DNA from: an uncultured delta proteobacterium
Lineage (GTDB): Bacteria > Desulfobacterota > Syntrophia > Syntrophales > Smithellaceae
Direction of reading: 5' to 3'
NCBI GenBank assembly: GCA_963753975.1
Contig: CAVWEH010000004.1
Location: 288,001 to 352,000, forward strand
Length of the DNA stretch: 64,000 nucleotides
The notes below the pieces were generated by a model, which made no database searches, had not been told where the DNA came from, and was given only the letters and a program-made list of their open reading frames with translations. Each line of letters starts with the position of its first letter. Within the stretch, counting starts at the first letter, position 1. Shown one piece after another: positions 51,921 through 62,536 of this stretch. A program made the translations under genes and the position numbers.

Positions 51921-53000
51921 TTAAATCAATTTTAAATAATTTTTGACGAGATATTCCGCTGTCTGCAAAGCTCCCTTAGCCGCGCCAAGCTTAGTGTTGT
52001 GAGCCAGGCAAACATATTTAATTCCGTTTTGTATGACCGGATCTTTGCGGATACGTCCCACAGTTACGGTCATCCCGCCGCCTTTATCCCTATCCATGCG
52101 CGGCTGCGGGCGAAAAGGATCATCGGTAACATCGATGAGACGAGCTGGTGAGCTAGGCAAGCCGAGTTCGACAAAATCCTTGCCGTAATTCATCATCGCT
52201 TTTTTCACCTGCTCCGGCGAACAAGGTTTTACAGTTTGCACAAAAGCGCAAACCATATGACCGTCGAGTACAGGCACTCGTGTGCAGGTCGCCGTAATTC
52301 CGAAAGACGCATGCTCGATAGTCTCACCTTTAAATTTACCCAGAATTTTTTGCGGCTCGGTTTCCACCTTTGGTTCTTCGCCGACTACATAGGGAATGAC
52401 ATTCTCGGTCATATCCATTACGGATAAACCGGGTGTTCTTCCCGCGCCGGACATAGCCTGTAATGAAGTCATGACTACCTGCTTTACGCCGAACAGGTCC
52501 TCTATTGGCTTGAGCGAAACAACCAGCCCGGCAATCGTGCAATTAGGCTTGGGAGACACAAACCCCTTCCACCCGCGCTTTTTTTGTTGAATGGCAAGCA
52601 GAGCTGCATGCTCCATATTTACACCACCGACGAGAATCGGCGTATCCGATTCATAACGGAATGCCGATGCCGTACTGATAACCGGTGTAAACTTGGCGTA
52701 TTTCGGCTCCAGCTCTTTTGCCGCGGAAGCATCCATCGTGGAAAAAATAATATCCACTGAGGTAGGATCAAAATCAGCGGCATCTTCCACGGGAAGTTCG
52801 CCTATTTCCGCCGGCAGTTCTTCCGGACACCACCAGCGCGAAGAACCGTTAGCGTCTTTTAAGGCTTCCCGGTAATTTTTTCCCGCAGAGCGCTCGGAGG
52901 CCGCAAGTTTCGTGATCTTGAACCAGGGATGACCGGTCAAACTTACTATCGCCTGCTGACCGACTATACCGGTTGCGCCGATAATGGCAATTCTTAACAT
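51921..53000 (-). CDS. asd: Aspartate-semialdehyde dehydrogenase (archaeal/fungal-like type)
   Basis: GATGIVGQ, PNCT, QAMSGAG, RVPVLDGH, RPQPRMDRD, HNTKLGAA. Confidence 0.92.
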   Translation of the reverse strand: MLRIAIIGATGIVGQQAIVSLTGHPWFKITKLAASERSAGKNYREALKDANGSSRWWCPEELPAEIGELPVEDAADFDPTSVDIIFSTMDASAAKELEPKYAKFTPVISTASAFRYESDTPILVGGVNMEHAALLAIQQKKRGWKGFVSPKPNCTIAGLVVSLKPIEDLFGVKQVVMTSLQAMSGAGRTPGLSVMDMTENVIPYVVGEEPKVETEPQKILGKFKGETIEHASFGITATCTRVPVLDGHMVCAFVQTVKPCSPEQVKKAMMNYGKDFVELGLPSSPARLIDVTDDPFRPQPRMDRDKGGGMTVTVGRIRKDPVIQNGIKYVCLAHNTKLGAAKGALQTAEYLVKNYLKLI

Positions 53001-53035
53001 TATTTGATAACCTCCATATTATTTTGCATTCATTT

Positions 53036-53971
53036 TTATCCACACTTGTTTTCAGAATTTTTCTTATTTTTCTCTACATCCGCCGCTATTTGTTTCTTCA
53101 ATCTTTCGGGACTATCGAATTTGACAATATCCCTCAACTTCTCCACAAAATGAATATTCAGTCTTTTCCCTCTCAGGTTTCCGGAAAAATCAAGTAAATG
53201 GACCTCAAAAGTAAAAGTATAATCGGCAAAGGTCGGCTTCTCGCCGATGTTTAAAGCTGCCATATAGCGTTTTCCTTCTACGTCGGCAAAAGCGGCATAG
53301 ATACCCGCCGCCGGCAGCAATTCTTTTTCCGGCTCTATATTGGCCGTAGGAAAACCAAGCTCAACGCCGCGGCCATAACCCTTCACCACAATACCGGCGA
53401 CATTATACCATCTTCCCAATAAATTAGTTACTGTCTTCAAATCACCTTTAATAATCAAATTCCTGATGAGAGTACTGCTCACCACATTTTCTCCCACCTT
53501 GAAAGCGTCAATTACCTCAACTGTAAAACCCAGTTTGCGACCGGCGTTAATCAAATAATCACTGTTGCCCTTTTTTTCCTGACCGAAGGTGTAATCATGG
53601 CCGACAATAATCTTTTTTATAGTCAGCTTTTTATGGAGAAATCCCCGGACAAATTCCTCGGCAGTAAGACGTGAATAATCCATGGAGAAAGGGATTATCA
53701 GCGTACCGTCAATTCCGCACTTTTCCAGAATTTGCAGCCTCTCTGCCAATGTAGTTATAAGATAAAAAGGCCGGATTTCCGGATGGAGAACCATTTTGGG
53801 ATGTGGATCGAAAGTAATAACCAGCGATTTTGTTCCGGCGCTTCCGGCCTCAGCCGCAAGTTTGCGGCAAATAAACTGATGGCTTAAATGCACCCCGTCA
53901 AAATTGCCGATAGTGACAAAAGATCCGCGAAAGTCTCGGGTTATATTTTTTATTCCCCTAAATACAATCAT
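53036..53971 (-). CDS. ribF: Bifunctional riboflavin kinase/FAD synthetase
   Basis: GNFDGVHLSH, VSSTLIR, GFPTAN, EVHLLDF. Confidence 0.95.
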   Translation of the reverse strand: MIVFRGIKNITRDFRGSFVTIGNFDGVHLSHQFICRKLAAEAGSAGTKSLVITFDPHPKMVLHPEIRPFYLITTLAERLQILEKCGIDGTLIIPFSMDYSRLTAEEFVRGFLHKKLTIKKIIVGHDYTFGQEKKGNSDYLINAGRKLGFTVEVIDAFKVGENVVSSTLIRNLIIKGDLKTVTNLLGRWYNVAGIVVKGYGRGVELGFPTANIEPEKELLPAAGIYAAFADVEGKRYMAALNIGEKPTFADYTFTFEVHLLDFSGNLRGKRLNIHFVEKLRDIVKFDSPERLKKQIAADVEKNKKNSENKCG

Positions 53972-54086
53972 TTTTTCTTACCACTCGTAACTATAATTAG
54001 CGCGGTAACATAGCATTTTGGGAATTAATTTCAAGTCATTTTATCTTGACAAGAATGTGTTGATCGGTATAGTGCACTTTTCGCGT

Positions 54087-54173
54087 GCCGAAGTGGCGGA
54101 ATTGGTAGACGCGCTAGGTTCAGGGTCTAGTGGGTGTACGCCTGTCCGGGTTCAAATCCCGGCTTCGGCACCA
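54087..54173 (+). tRNA. tRNA-Leu(CAG)
   Basis: GCCGAAG/CTTCGGC acceptor, CTAGG-TTCAGGG-TCTAG, long variable arm, CCA; TTGACA-N16-TATAGT upstream. Confidence 0.96.
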
Positions 54174-54330
54174 AAATTTTTATCTGCTTTATAGCGAGAA
54201 AAGCCCTCTATATCATTACTACATGAGAATTTAACTTGACGCTTAAGAACATTTTCCTTATCTTATCATTACAGCAAAATTACTTCTCAGGAATCACAGG
54301 TATGAATAAAGCAAACTTTGGAAACCGATT

Positions 54331-54611
54331 CGCAAGCTTGCTGCGGGGTATTATACCCTCCGCTACGCGGGATATCCCTGCATCCTTTGGCTGCAGGATG
54401 AATTCAGCTAACAAATATTACCGTGCTGCACTTGTAATATTTGAGTTTCATTCATTCGACCTGCAAGCTTCAGCATGAGTGACCTCTTGTGCCCTTCAGG
54501 TTATTAGGTTATGCACTATGTTTCTGAAGCTTGGGTCTCATTACAAGTTACCAATTCCGACTTGTGACCTTTAGGTTACGCGCTTCGCTTTCAGAGTTGG
54601 AGTTTCACGAA
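54331..54611 (+). repeat. Modular hairpin repeat, locus E (head-H1a'-H2-H3 with nested inserts)
   Basis: Compensatory changes relative to locus A; inserts at 54474-54511 and 54561-54578. Confidence 0.9.
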
Positions 54612-54615
54612 TAAA

Positions 54616-55326
54616 ATGATTGAAAACCTGCTTAACAATTTAACTTTATACCTGCAAGAATCAGTTTTACTGGCATTTCTTGCGGCGTATGTCGGCGGAG
54701 TTTTGATAAGTTTCACCCCTTGCAACTATCCGCTTATCCCGGTAACAGTTGGGTTTATCGGAGCTCAAGCTTCGGAATCCAAACTACGCGGCTTTATTCT
54801 TTCGATTTTTTATGTTTGCGGGCTGGCGCTTACCTATTCCCTTTTAGGAGCTCTGGCCGCTTTATCCGGCAAACTTTTCGGACAAATGCAGACAACCCCG
54901 TGGACATATTTTATCATGGCTAACCTTTGTCTTTTTATGGGCCTGGCTATGCTGGATGTTTTTACGATTTCTTTGCCTATGCCGCAAAAACTCGCCAAGT
55001 TTTCGGGTAACAAAAAAAGCTTCTTCAACAGTTTTTTAATTGGCGCCATATCCGGTGTTGTCATGGGCCCCTGCACGGCGCCGGTTTTGGCTGTTTTATT
55101 AGGCTATGTCGCTATGCGCAATAACCTTATGCTGGGCATGAGTCTGCTTTTTGTTTTTGCCTTCGGCATGGGAACGCTGCTGATTATTGCCGGAACATTT
55201 GCCGGCCTGATTGCCGCCCTGCCCCGTTCGGGAATTTGGATGACAAAAATTAATCATGTCTTCGGGTGGATATTAATTGGCGCCGGAGAATATTTTCTTT
55301 ATACTGCGGGTGCACTGTCCATTTAA
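54616..55326 (+). CDS. ccdA: CcdA/DsbD-type thiol-disulfide transmembrane protein
   Basis: SFTPCNYP and GPCTAP; multi-TM. Confidence 0.85.
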   Translation: MIENLLNNLTLYLQESVLLAFLAAYVGGVLISFTPCNYPLIPVTVGFIGAQASESKLRGFILSIFYVCGLALTYSLLGALAALSGKLFGQMQTTPWTYFIMANLCLFMGLAMLDVFTISLPMPQKLAKFSGNKKSFFNSFLIGAISGVVMGPCTAPVLAVLLGYVAMRNNLMLGMSLLFVFAFGMGTLLIIAGTFAGLIAALPRSGIWMTKINHVFGWILIGAGEYFLYTAGALSI

Positions 55327-55340
55327 AAAACGAGGGTTTA

Positions 55341-55853
55341 ATGAATAAAAAAATAATCGCATTTTTGATAACTCCGGTTGTGCTGATATTCATCATGGTC
55401 ACGTTGTCTTTCGGACAGTTTATTGCTAATGCCCCTTTTAAATCCGCTGAGGTAATCGCTCCGGATTTTTCTTTAAAAGACCTCCAAGGAAAAACATTCA
55501 AATTGAGCAGATATTCCGGTAAGCCGGTTTTGTTGTTTTTCGGCGCTACCTGGTGCCCTTCCTGCCGCGCTGAAATACCTGCCTATAAAAATATCTATGC
55601 AACCTATTCGAAAAGCTCTCTGGAAGTCGTCTACATAGATATAATGGAACCGGTGAAGAAAGTGGCACGTTTTGCCAAGACCAATTCACTCACTTACAAG
55701 GTGTTGATTGATGGAGACGGAAATGTAGCCGATAATTACGGCATTATCGGCGTGCCGACATTGATTCTCATCGATAAGGAAGGATATGTCACTGAAATTA
55801 GCCATCGCACAGCGGACTTGCCGTTAAATAAGCTTTTCCCGGCTAAGAAGTAA
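55341..55853 (+). CDS. TlpA/ResA-like thioredoxin
   Basis: N-terminal TM, APDFSL, ATWCPSC, GVPT. Confidence 0.9.
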   Translation: MNKKIIAFLITPVVLIFIMVTLSFGQFIANAPFKSAEVIAPDFSLKDLQGKTFKLSRYSGKPVLLFFGATWCPSCRAEIPAYKNIYATYSKSSLEVVYIDIMEPVKKVARFAKTNSLTYKVLIDGDGNVADNYGIIGVPTLILIDKEGYVTEISHRTADLPLNKLFPAKK

Positions 55854-55916
55854 TCTATATAAATTTCATATTGGATCTGATAAATAATCTTAATAGCACA
55901 AAAAGGAAGAGGAAAA

Positions 55917-56129
55917 ATGGCAGATAAAAACTGGCTGCAAAATCTAACTAGATCGGAAAAAGACTCCTGGATTGGCGGTGTTTGCGGCGGTTTAGGCGAA
56001 CACACTTCCATCCCTTCCTGGACATGGCGTCTGCTTTTTTCGCTGCTTTTTGTTTTTTACGGCACCGGTTTACTAATTTATATTCTGCTTTGGATTTTTG
56101 TTCCACCTCCAGCAAAATCGCAGGATTAA
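55917..56129 (+). CDS. PspC domain protein
   Basis: LTRSEKDSWIGGVCGGLGE...YILLWIFVP. Confidence 0.88.
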   Translation: MADKNWLQNLTRSEKDSWIGGVCGGLGEHTSIPSWTWRLLFSLLFVFYGTGLLIYILLWIFVPPPAKSQD

Positions 56130-56131
56130 CA

Positions 56132-56797
56132 ATGAAGTTAAATGACGACATTTATGTCTACGAATGGACAAACTATTTTGACAACAACTGCAACAGCTAC
56201 TATATAGGCGGCAAGGTGCAGGCGTTAATTGACCCGGGGCTGACCCGTTACCTGCCTGACCTACTCAAGCAGATGTCCGCCGACGGCATTAAAAAGGAAA
56301 ATATTCGTTACATTATCAACACCCATTCACATCCCGATCATTTTCAGGGAGCCGAACTTTTTGATCCGGACAAAGTTAAAATCGCATTGCACCAAAAAGA
56401 ACTGGAATTTTTAAAAGGAGTCGGCGGTGAACTATACGGCCTTTTTGGAATTACTGTTCCGCAAATGCAGATAAATTTCCCGCTTCAGGAAGGCAATGTT
56501 ACTTTAGGCGATCAATCTTTTAAAATAATACTCGCCCCCGGCCACTCCCCGGGCTCTATCGGCCTTTACTGGTCGGAGCAAAAAGCTTTATTTTGCGGCG
56601 ATGTAATTTTCGAGCAAAATGTCGGGCGCACCGATTTTCCCGGCGGCAATGGTTCGCTTTTAAAAAAGAGCATCATTTCTTTTTCTAAGCTCGATCTGGA
56701 GTTGCTTTTTCCGGGACACATGGGTATTGTTGAGGGCAGGGAAAAGGTTCAGGACAATTTTAATATCGTTATCCAAAATATTTTCCCCTATATATGA
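56132..56797 (+). CDS. MBL-fold metallo-hydrolase
   Basis: THSHPDH, PGHSPG, GDVIF, PGH. Confidence 0.9.
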   Translation: MKLNDDIYVYEWTNYFDNNCNSYYIGGKVQALIDPGLTRYLPDLLKQMSADGIKKENIRYIINTHSHPDHFQGAELFDPDKVKIALHQKELEFLKGVGGELYGLFGITVPQMQINFPLQEGNVTLGDQSFKIILAPGHSPGSIGLYWSEQKALFCGDVIFEQNVGRTDFPGGNGSLLKKSIISFSKLDLELLFPGHMGIVEGREKVQDNFNIVIQNIFPYI

Positions 56798-56824
56798 AGC
56801 TATACTTTTATCAGGATAAAAAAA

Positions 56825-58511
56825 ATGGCCAATGAAGTAAATAAAGTTATTTACTCCATGATCGGCGTAAGTAAAATCTATGATAAAAAGCCGGTGCTCA
56901 AAGACATTTATTTGTCTTATTTCTACGGCGCTAAAATCGGCGTCATCGGTTTAAACGGTTCGGGCAAAAGTTCTCTCCTCAAAATATTGGCCGGAGTAGA
57001 TCAGGATTTCCTCGGCAAGACAATTCTTTCCGCAGGTTATACTGTGGGCTATCTGGAACAGGAGCCGCGTTTGGATGAAACAAAAACGGTGCGCCAAATC
57101 GTGGAAGAAGGCGTGCAGGCCACTATAGACCTCCTCAACGAATACAATAAAATCAATGAACAGTTTCCGAGCCCATGTCGGATGACGAAATGGCCAAATT
57201 ATGCGATAGGCAGGCCGCCGTGCAGGAAAAGCTCGACGCTGCTTGATGCCTGGGATATAGATTCGCGCCTGGAAATGGCCATGGACGCCCTGCGTTGCCC
57301 GCCGGGTGACACAATGGTTAAAGTTCTTTCCGGCGGTGAAAAACGCCGCGTTGCTCTTTGCCGTCTTTTACTGCAGAAACCAAGCATACTGCTTTTGGAT
57401 GAACCGACCAACCATCTGGATGCCGAATCGGTTGCCTGGCTGGAACATCATTTACAAAAATATGAAGGCACTGTCATTGCCGTAACCCATGATCGCTATT
57501 TTTTGGATAATGTTGCCGGGTGGATTTTGGAGTTGGACCGCGGACAAGGCATCCCCTGGCAAGGCAACTATTCTTCCTGGCTCACACAAAAACAAAACCG
57601 GCTGAAGAATGAAGAGAAAGCGGAAGGCGAAAGAATCAAGACACTGGAGCGCGAATTGGAATGGATCAGAATGTCGCCCAAAGGACGCCATGCCAAATCC
57701 AAAGCGCGTATTAACGCTTATGAAGAACTATTGGGACAAAATCAGGAAAAAGAATCCAAAACTCGGGAAATTTTTATTGCCCCCGGTCCACGTTTGGGCG
57801 ATCTCGTTATTGAAGCGCAAAATGTCAGTAAAGCTTACGGTGATAAACTGCTTATGGACGGCATGACTTTTTCACTGCCCCCGGGCGGTATTGTCGGAGT
57901 TATCGGCCCCAACGGCGCCGGCAAAACGACTCTTTTCAAAATGATTACCGACCAGGAAAAACCGGATGCGGGCAATATCCGAATCGGCGATACGGTAAAG
58001 CTTGCCTATGTTGACCAGAGCCGTGACGCTCTTGATCCGGATAAAACCATCTGGGAGATGATTTCCGACGGACAGGATATCGTCATGATCGGGACCAGAC
58101 AGGTAAATTCCCGCGCTTATGTTTCGCGATTTAATTTTTCCGGCACCGATCAGCAAAAGAAAGTGGGAACGCTCTCCGGCGGAGAACGCAATCGTGTCCA
58201 TCTGGCGCGTATGCTGAAAGAAGGCGCCAATGTGCTTCTGCTTGATGAACCGACCAACGATCTGGATGTTAATACACTGCGCGCGCTGGAAGACGCGCTC
58301 GAAGAATTTCGCCGGCTGCGTTGTCGTCATCAGCCACGACCGCTGGTTTTTAGATAGAATTTGCACGCATATTCTGGCTTTTGAAGGAGAGAGCAAAACC
58401 ATCTGGTTTGACGGCAACTATTCCGAATACGAAGCCGACCGCAAAAACCGACTGGGAGCGGCAGCCAGCCAGCCGCACCGGATTAAGTACCGCCAGCTAA
58501 CCCGAAGATAA
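56825..58511 (+). CDS. ettA: Energy-dependent translational throttle EttA (ABC-F), three apparent indels
   Basis: YLSYFYGAKIG, two ABC cassettes, RELEWIR, QPHRIKYR C-terminus; frame breaks at ~57165, ~57240, ~58304. Confidence 0.9.
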
Positions 58512-58803
58512 AAAAAGTAAGCGCGAATTTCAATATCTATCGTCACGTAATATAGCAAATAATTTTCATCATCCAAATACTTATGACATAAGAATAAAAA
58601 ATTCATTATGATTAAAATGCACCCGGCAATTCTCACAGTTATCTATAAAATGTAATATTTCTTGATTTCGCTATCTTATTTTGTTTATAAGAAGGGAGCA
58701 CACATTACAATCAAGCCTGAACTGCCAAGTATTTAACAAATTCAGCCAGTTGTATGTCACGTGAAAAAAAGACGGAAAGGGTAAATGAAAAGAAGGTGCA
58801 CCA

Positions 58804-60963
58804 ATGGAGGAAGTTGGCTCAGTTTTTGAAGACGTCCAAACGAAAATCATATCACTCACAGAGGCTCAATCAAAAAAATTATTAAAGAGTTACGGAGTAC
58901 CGGTCGTGGAAGAAACTGTTGCCCTGACGATAGAGGAAGCGGTTGCCCGAGTGAGAACCATCGGCTTTCCTGCTGTTGTGAAGGGTCTGGGAGCAAAACT
59001 GACTCACAAAACAGAAAGGGGTCTGGTAAAATTAAATTTACACTCTGCCGAGGAAATTGAGCGCGCCTGTCTGGACATAAAAAAATCGGCTGGCGATGAT
59101 TTAGAAGGATTTTTATTACAGCCCCTAGTTGAGGGAAAGCGGGAGTTTGTCGCTGGTTTGTTTCGGGATGAACAGTTCGGTCCGGTAGTAATGTTCGGAT
59201 TGGGGGGCATATTTACCGAAGCTCTCGGTGATGTAGTGTTCCGGATAGCCTCCGTAAGCGAGATTCAAGCAAAAGGCATGTTGCAGGAGATTTTATCACG
59301 GAAATTACTAGGCGGTTTTCGCGGCGAGCATGCCGCCGATGAGCGACAATTAATCACCGTATTGAGGGGTTTATCCCGCTTGGGAATGGAACATCCCGAA
59401 GTGAAAGAAGTGGATATTAATCCTCTATTGATTACTCCCGCTGGACAAGTAACTGCTGTCGACGCGCTTGTGGTTATCAGCAAAGATTATAAATCCACCG
59501 GTGAAAATTCGCACAGAGAAAGAACCCCTCAAGAAATCAAAGCAATCAATTCTGCCCTCGATACGATGATTCACGCAAAAAGCATTGCTGTCATCGGCGC
59601 GATACGCCCCCGCGCGAAAGGTTTTCGCGGCATGTTCGGCTGCATTAAGGATTTTGGCTTTCCGGGAAAACTCTATCCGATAAATTTAAAGGCCCCCGAA
59701 ATAGACGGCGTCAAGACATATCCCTCTCTTGTTTCCCTGCCTAAACCGGTTGATCTGGTTGTTATTTCCGTTCCGGCGCCATTTGTGCCCGACGCTCTTA
59801 GAGATTGCGTCGCCTCCGGCAGTAAAAATGTCCACATTTTTTCTTCCGGTTTTAAGGAAACGGGCGAAGAAGAAGGTATGAAACTCCAGGCGGAAATTGA
59901 AAAAATTGCTGCGGAAGGCAAGCTCAATGTTATCGGCCCTAACTGCATGGGATTATACGTTCCCCAATCGCGCATCCTTACCTGGATTGGAGCTCCCAAA
60001 AAAAGCGGTCCTGTTTCTTTTGTCAGCCAAAGCGGAGGACACGCGCAGGATTTTACCAATTACGCCAGCGCGCATTTCGGCATATATTTTAATAAGGTCA
60101 TCAGTTACGGCAATGCCCTGACTCTGGATAGCACCGATTTTCTCGAATATCTGGCCGATGATGACGAGACTAAAATTATTACGATGTATCTGGAGGGGGT
60201 AAAAAACGGGCGAAAACTTCTGGAGCTGATCACGAAAATCAATCGAGAAAAACCGGTCATTATTCTAAAAGGCGGTTTGACGGAGTCGGGCGCGAGGGCT
60301 GTCTCATCTCATACGGGTTCTATGGCCGGTGGCGAGAAAATCTGGAATGCCTTTTTTAGACAGAGCGGTGCGGTAAAAGTAAGTTCGTTAGAGGAAATGG
60401 CCGAAGTAACAGAGGTCTTTCTTCATCTAGGTGAGGCTCACGGTCGCCGGGTGGCTATTATCGGAACCGGCGGAGGCATCGGTGTTGCCGCTGCTGATAG
60501 TTGTGCTCAGACGGGGTTGGATCTTGCCGTGTTGCCGCAGGAAGTCACCAAAAAACTGCGGGAATTCATACCTCCCGCGGGAAACATGATCCGCAATCCC
60601 ATTGATGCGCACATATTGTTTTTGGAACTCCCGGCACTGGGGAAAACGCTGGAATTACTCTCTTCTCAATACATTGATATGTTCGTTATTTCCCTCCACC
60701 TCGAATGGTTGTATAATTTTGACAACGGCGCCCAAATAAAAAACATTGCTACATATATAGCACAATCGGCGCGCAAACACGCTCACGAAAAGCCGTTGGT
60801 AGTTGTCTGGCGGCAATATCAACCCGATCCGAAATATGCAAAGAAGCGAGCCCTGCTGGAAAAAATTCTGCAGGATGCAGGCATCCCCGTCTATGAAGGC
60901 CTACAGCGGGCTGTATTTGCTCTGGCCAAGCTGGCCGAATATCATGAGTTTCTAAGAAAGTAG
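58804..60963 (+). CDS. ADP-forming acetate/acyl-CoA ligase family (ATP-grasp then CoA-binding)
   Basis: LTHKTERG, DEQFGPVVMFGLGG, DINP, IGPNCMG, SQSGG, SHTGS. Confidence 0.9.
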   Translation: MEEVGSVFEDVQTKIISLTEAQSKKLLKSYGVPVVEETVALTIEEAVARVRTIGFPAVVKGLGAKLTHKTERGLVKLNLHSAEEIERACLDIKKSAGDDLEGFLLQPLVEGKREFVAGLFRDEQFGPVVMFGLGGIFTEALGDVVFRIASVSEIQAKGMLQEILSRKLLGGFRGEHAADERQLITVLRGLSRLGMEHPEVKEVDINPLLITPAGQVTAVDALVVISKDYKSTGENSHRERTPQEIKAINSALDTMIHAKSIAVIGAIRPRAKGFRGMFGCIKDFGFPGKLYPINLKAPEIDGVKTYPSLVSLPKPVDLVVISVPAPFVPDALRDCVASGSKNVHIFSSGFKETGEEEGMKLQAEIEKIAAEGKLNVIGPNCMGLYVPQSRILTWIGAPKKSGPVSFVSQSGGHAQDFTNYASAHFGIYFNKVISYGNALTLDSTDFLEYLADDDETKIITMYLEGVKNGRKLLELITKINREKPVIILKGGLTESGARAVSSHTGSMAGGEKIWNAFFRQSGAVKVSSLEEMAEVTEVFLHLGEAHGRRVAIIGTGGGIGVAAADSCAQTGLDLAVLPQEVTKKLREFIPPAGNMIRNPIDAHILFLELPALGKTLELLSSQYIDMFVISLHLEWLYNFDNGAQIKNIATYIAQSARKHAHEKPLVVVWRQYQPDPKYAKKRALLEKILQDAGIPVYEGLQRAVFALAKLAEYHEFLRK

Positions 60964-61041
60964 ATTGACGAGAAGAAAAAGGTTGTGCCGGAAGAAAAAT
61001 GTTAGTTTTGGTTCAAGCAAAATAAGGCCAGGCTATTTAAT

Positions 61042-62274
61042 TTATCCCTCGGCTTTTTTCAGCGCCGCTGCCAGATAGATCGAGAATGTGGTTCCCGAAT
61101 TGGCGATGGATTCCACAGTTATCAGACCATTGTGGTTTTTGATGATAGAATCGCTGATTGCCAGCCCCAGGCCGATTCCTCCCCGTCCCTTTTTCTCTTT
61201 GGTTGTAAAATAGGGATCAAATATCCGGGAAAGGTTTTCTCTGGGTATGCCAATACCTTTGTCCTTAATAGTAATACGTATATAATTTCCTCGCCCCAGA
61301 GTCCGAATATTTGTTCCGGTTGTCGTATTTTCGGCAATAAGCTCTACAATACTGCCATTAGTTATCGCCTCTCTGGCATTAATCAAAAAATTTTCTATTA
61401 CTTGCCTGATTTGGGCGGCATCGATTTCCGCAGGCCATAGATCTTCGGGTATAGAAATTTTACAGGTAATGCCGGAATCGTTAAAGACGTTTTTGGCGGC
61501 CTCTCTTAACAGCGGCTCCAATTTTTCCACTTTACGGACAGGATAACCGCCCTGCGCGAATGTAACCAGCCGGTGAGCTAATTCTTTTGCCTGCAGACCG
61601 GCACGTTCCGCTACTGCCAAACCATCCTCCAGAATTTTGTCCTCATCCGTTGCGGATATTTTGGCCAGAAATACGTTTCTCAGAATAGCGGTAAGCAGGC
61701 TATCAAAATCTTTGGCCACGCCACCGGCAAATGTGCCCAGTGATTCCACCTTGCTTCTACGAAGCAGCTCTTCTTCCGCTATTTTTTGTTCAGTAATATC
61801 TTCGAGCGTTTCCATCACGCCGAATACATTGCCGTTGGGATCTCTGATCGCCGCCGACGTAATACGGAACCATTTCCCCTTTTCGCCCAGATCGGGAAAA
61901 TAATCCGTAACCTCGTAAGCTTCCTCCAGCAGGTTTGATTTCGCCCAGTTTCCCGAGTAAAAATTGGTAATCTGTTCGACCTTGTTATCCAGAATCAAAT
62001 CGGCCAGGCAGGGACGCTGTGTTTTATAAAATACCCGCCAGTGCTGATTGGTGCCGACAATTTCACGAGGTCTTATTTTGCTCAGCGCCTGCAGGGCTTT
62101 GTTCCAGTAAATTACTTTATGATCTTTGGATATTACGAACGCGGGAATGGGAGAGCCGTGAATAATACTGATCAATTTTTGTTCATCTCTACGAACTCGC
62201 CACATCACATAGACAAAACTGACAATTACCGTCATTGCCAGAGCCAAAATAAAAATGAGAAAGTGGACATTCAT
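61042..62274 (-). CDS. Membrane-anchored PAS histidine-kinase-like protein lacking the phosphoacceptor His
   Basis: TM-PAS-HisKA(GGVAKDFDSLL)-HATPase(INAREA, DKGIG, FTTK, GIGLGL). Confidence 0.85.
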   Translation of the reverse strand: MNVHFLIFILALAMTVIVSFVYVMWRVRRDEQKLISIIHGSPIPAFVISKDHKVIYWNKALQALSKIRPREIVGTNQHWRVFYKTQRPCLADLILDNKVEQITNFYSGNWAKSNLLEEAYEVTDYFPDLGEKGKWFRITSAAIRDPNGNVFGVMETLEDITEQKIAEEELLRRSKVESLGTFAGGVAKDFDSLLTAILRNVFLAKISATDEDKILEDGLAVAERAGLQAKELAHRLVTFAQGGYPVRKVEKLEPLLREAAKNVFNDSGITCKISIPEDLWPAEIDAAQIRQVIENFLINAREAITNGSIVELIAENTTTGTNIRTLGRGNYIRITIKDKGIGIPRENLSRIFDPYFTTKEKKGRGGIGLGLAISDSIIKNHNGLITVESIANSGTTFSIYLAAALKKAEG

Positions 62275-62536
62275 AATAAACTTACATATCCAAAATGATT
62301 AAGGCTACCAAAGCATAACACAAAATTCGATAGCAAGATTAGGGGGAAAATGCAAGTACAACGATAGCGGATTTAATTATTAAACCTCTTTTTATAAATT
62401 CTGAAAGTTACGGAATTATAGAACTGCTACAACCATCCCCGATTATTTTCTTGGCGCGGGATTTCGATATCCTTCGGGTACAAGCCTGCAGGCCGGGACA
62501 GGTTTTTTTAATCATCGTCATGGCTTCGCCATGATT

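Noticed and set aside
53036..53075. Possible frameshift at ribF C-terminus (EKIRKIL in alternate frame)
   Set aside because: The alternate frame would run far into asd; cannot be resolved without reads
54087..54611. Genomic island or prophage integrated at a tRNA
   Set aside because: No integrase and no duplicated tRNA 3' end noticed near any of the four tRNAs
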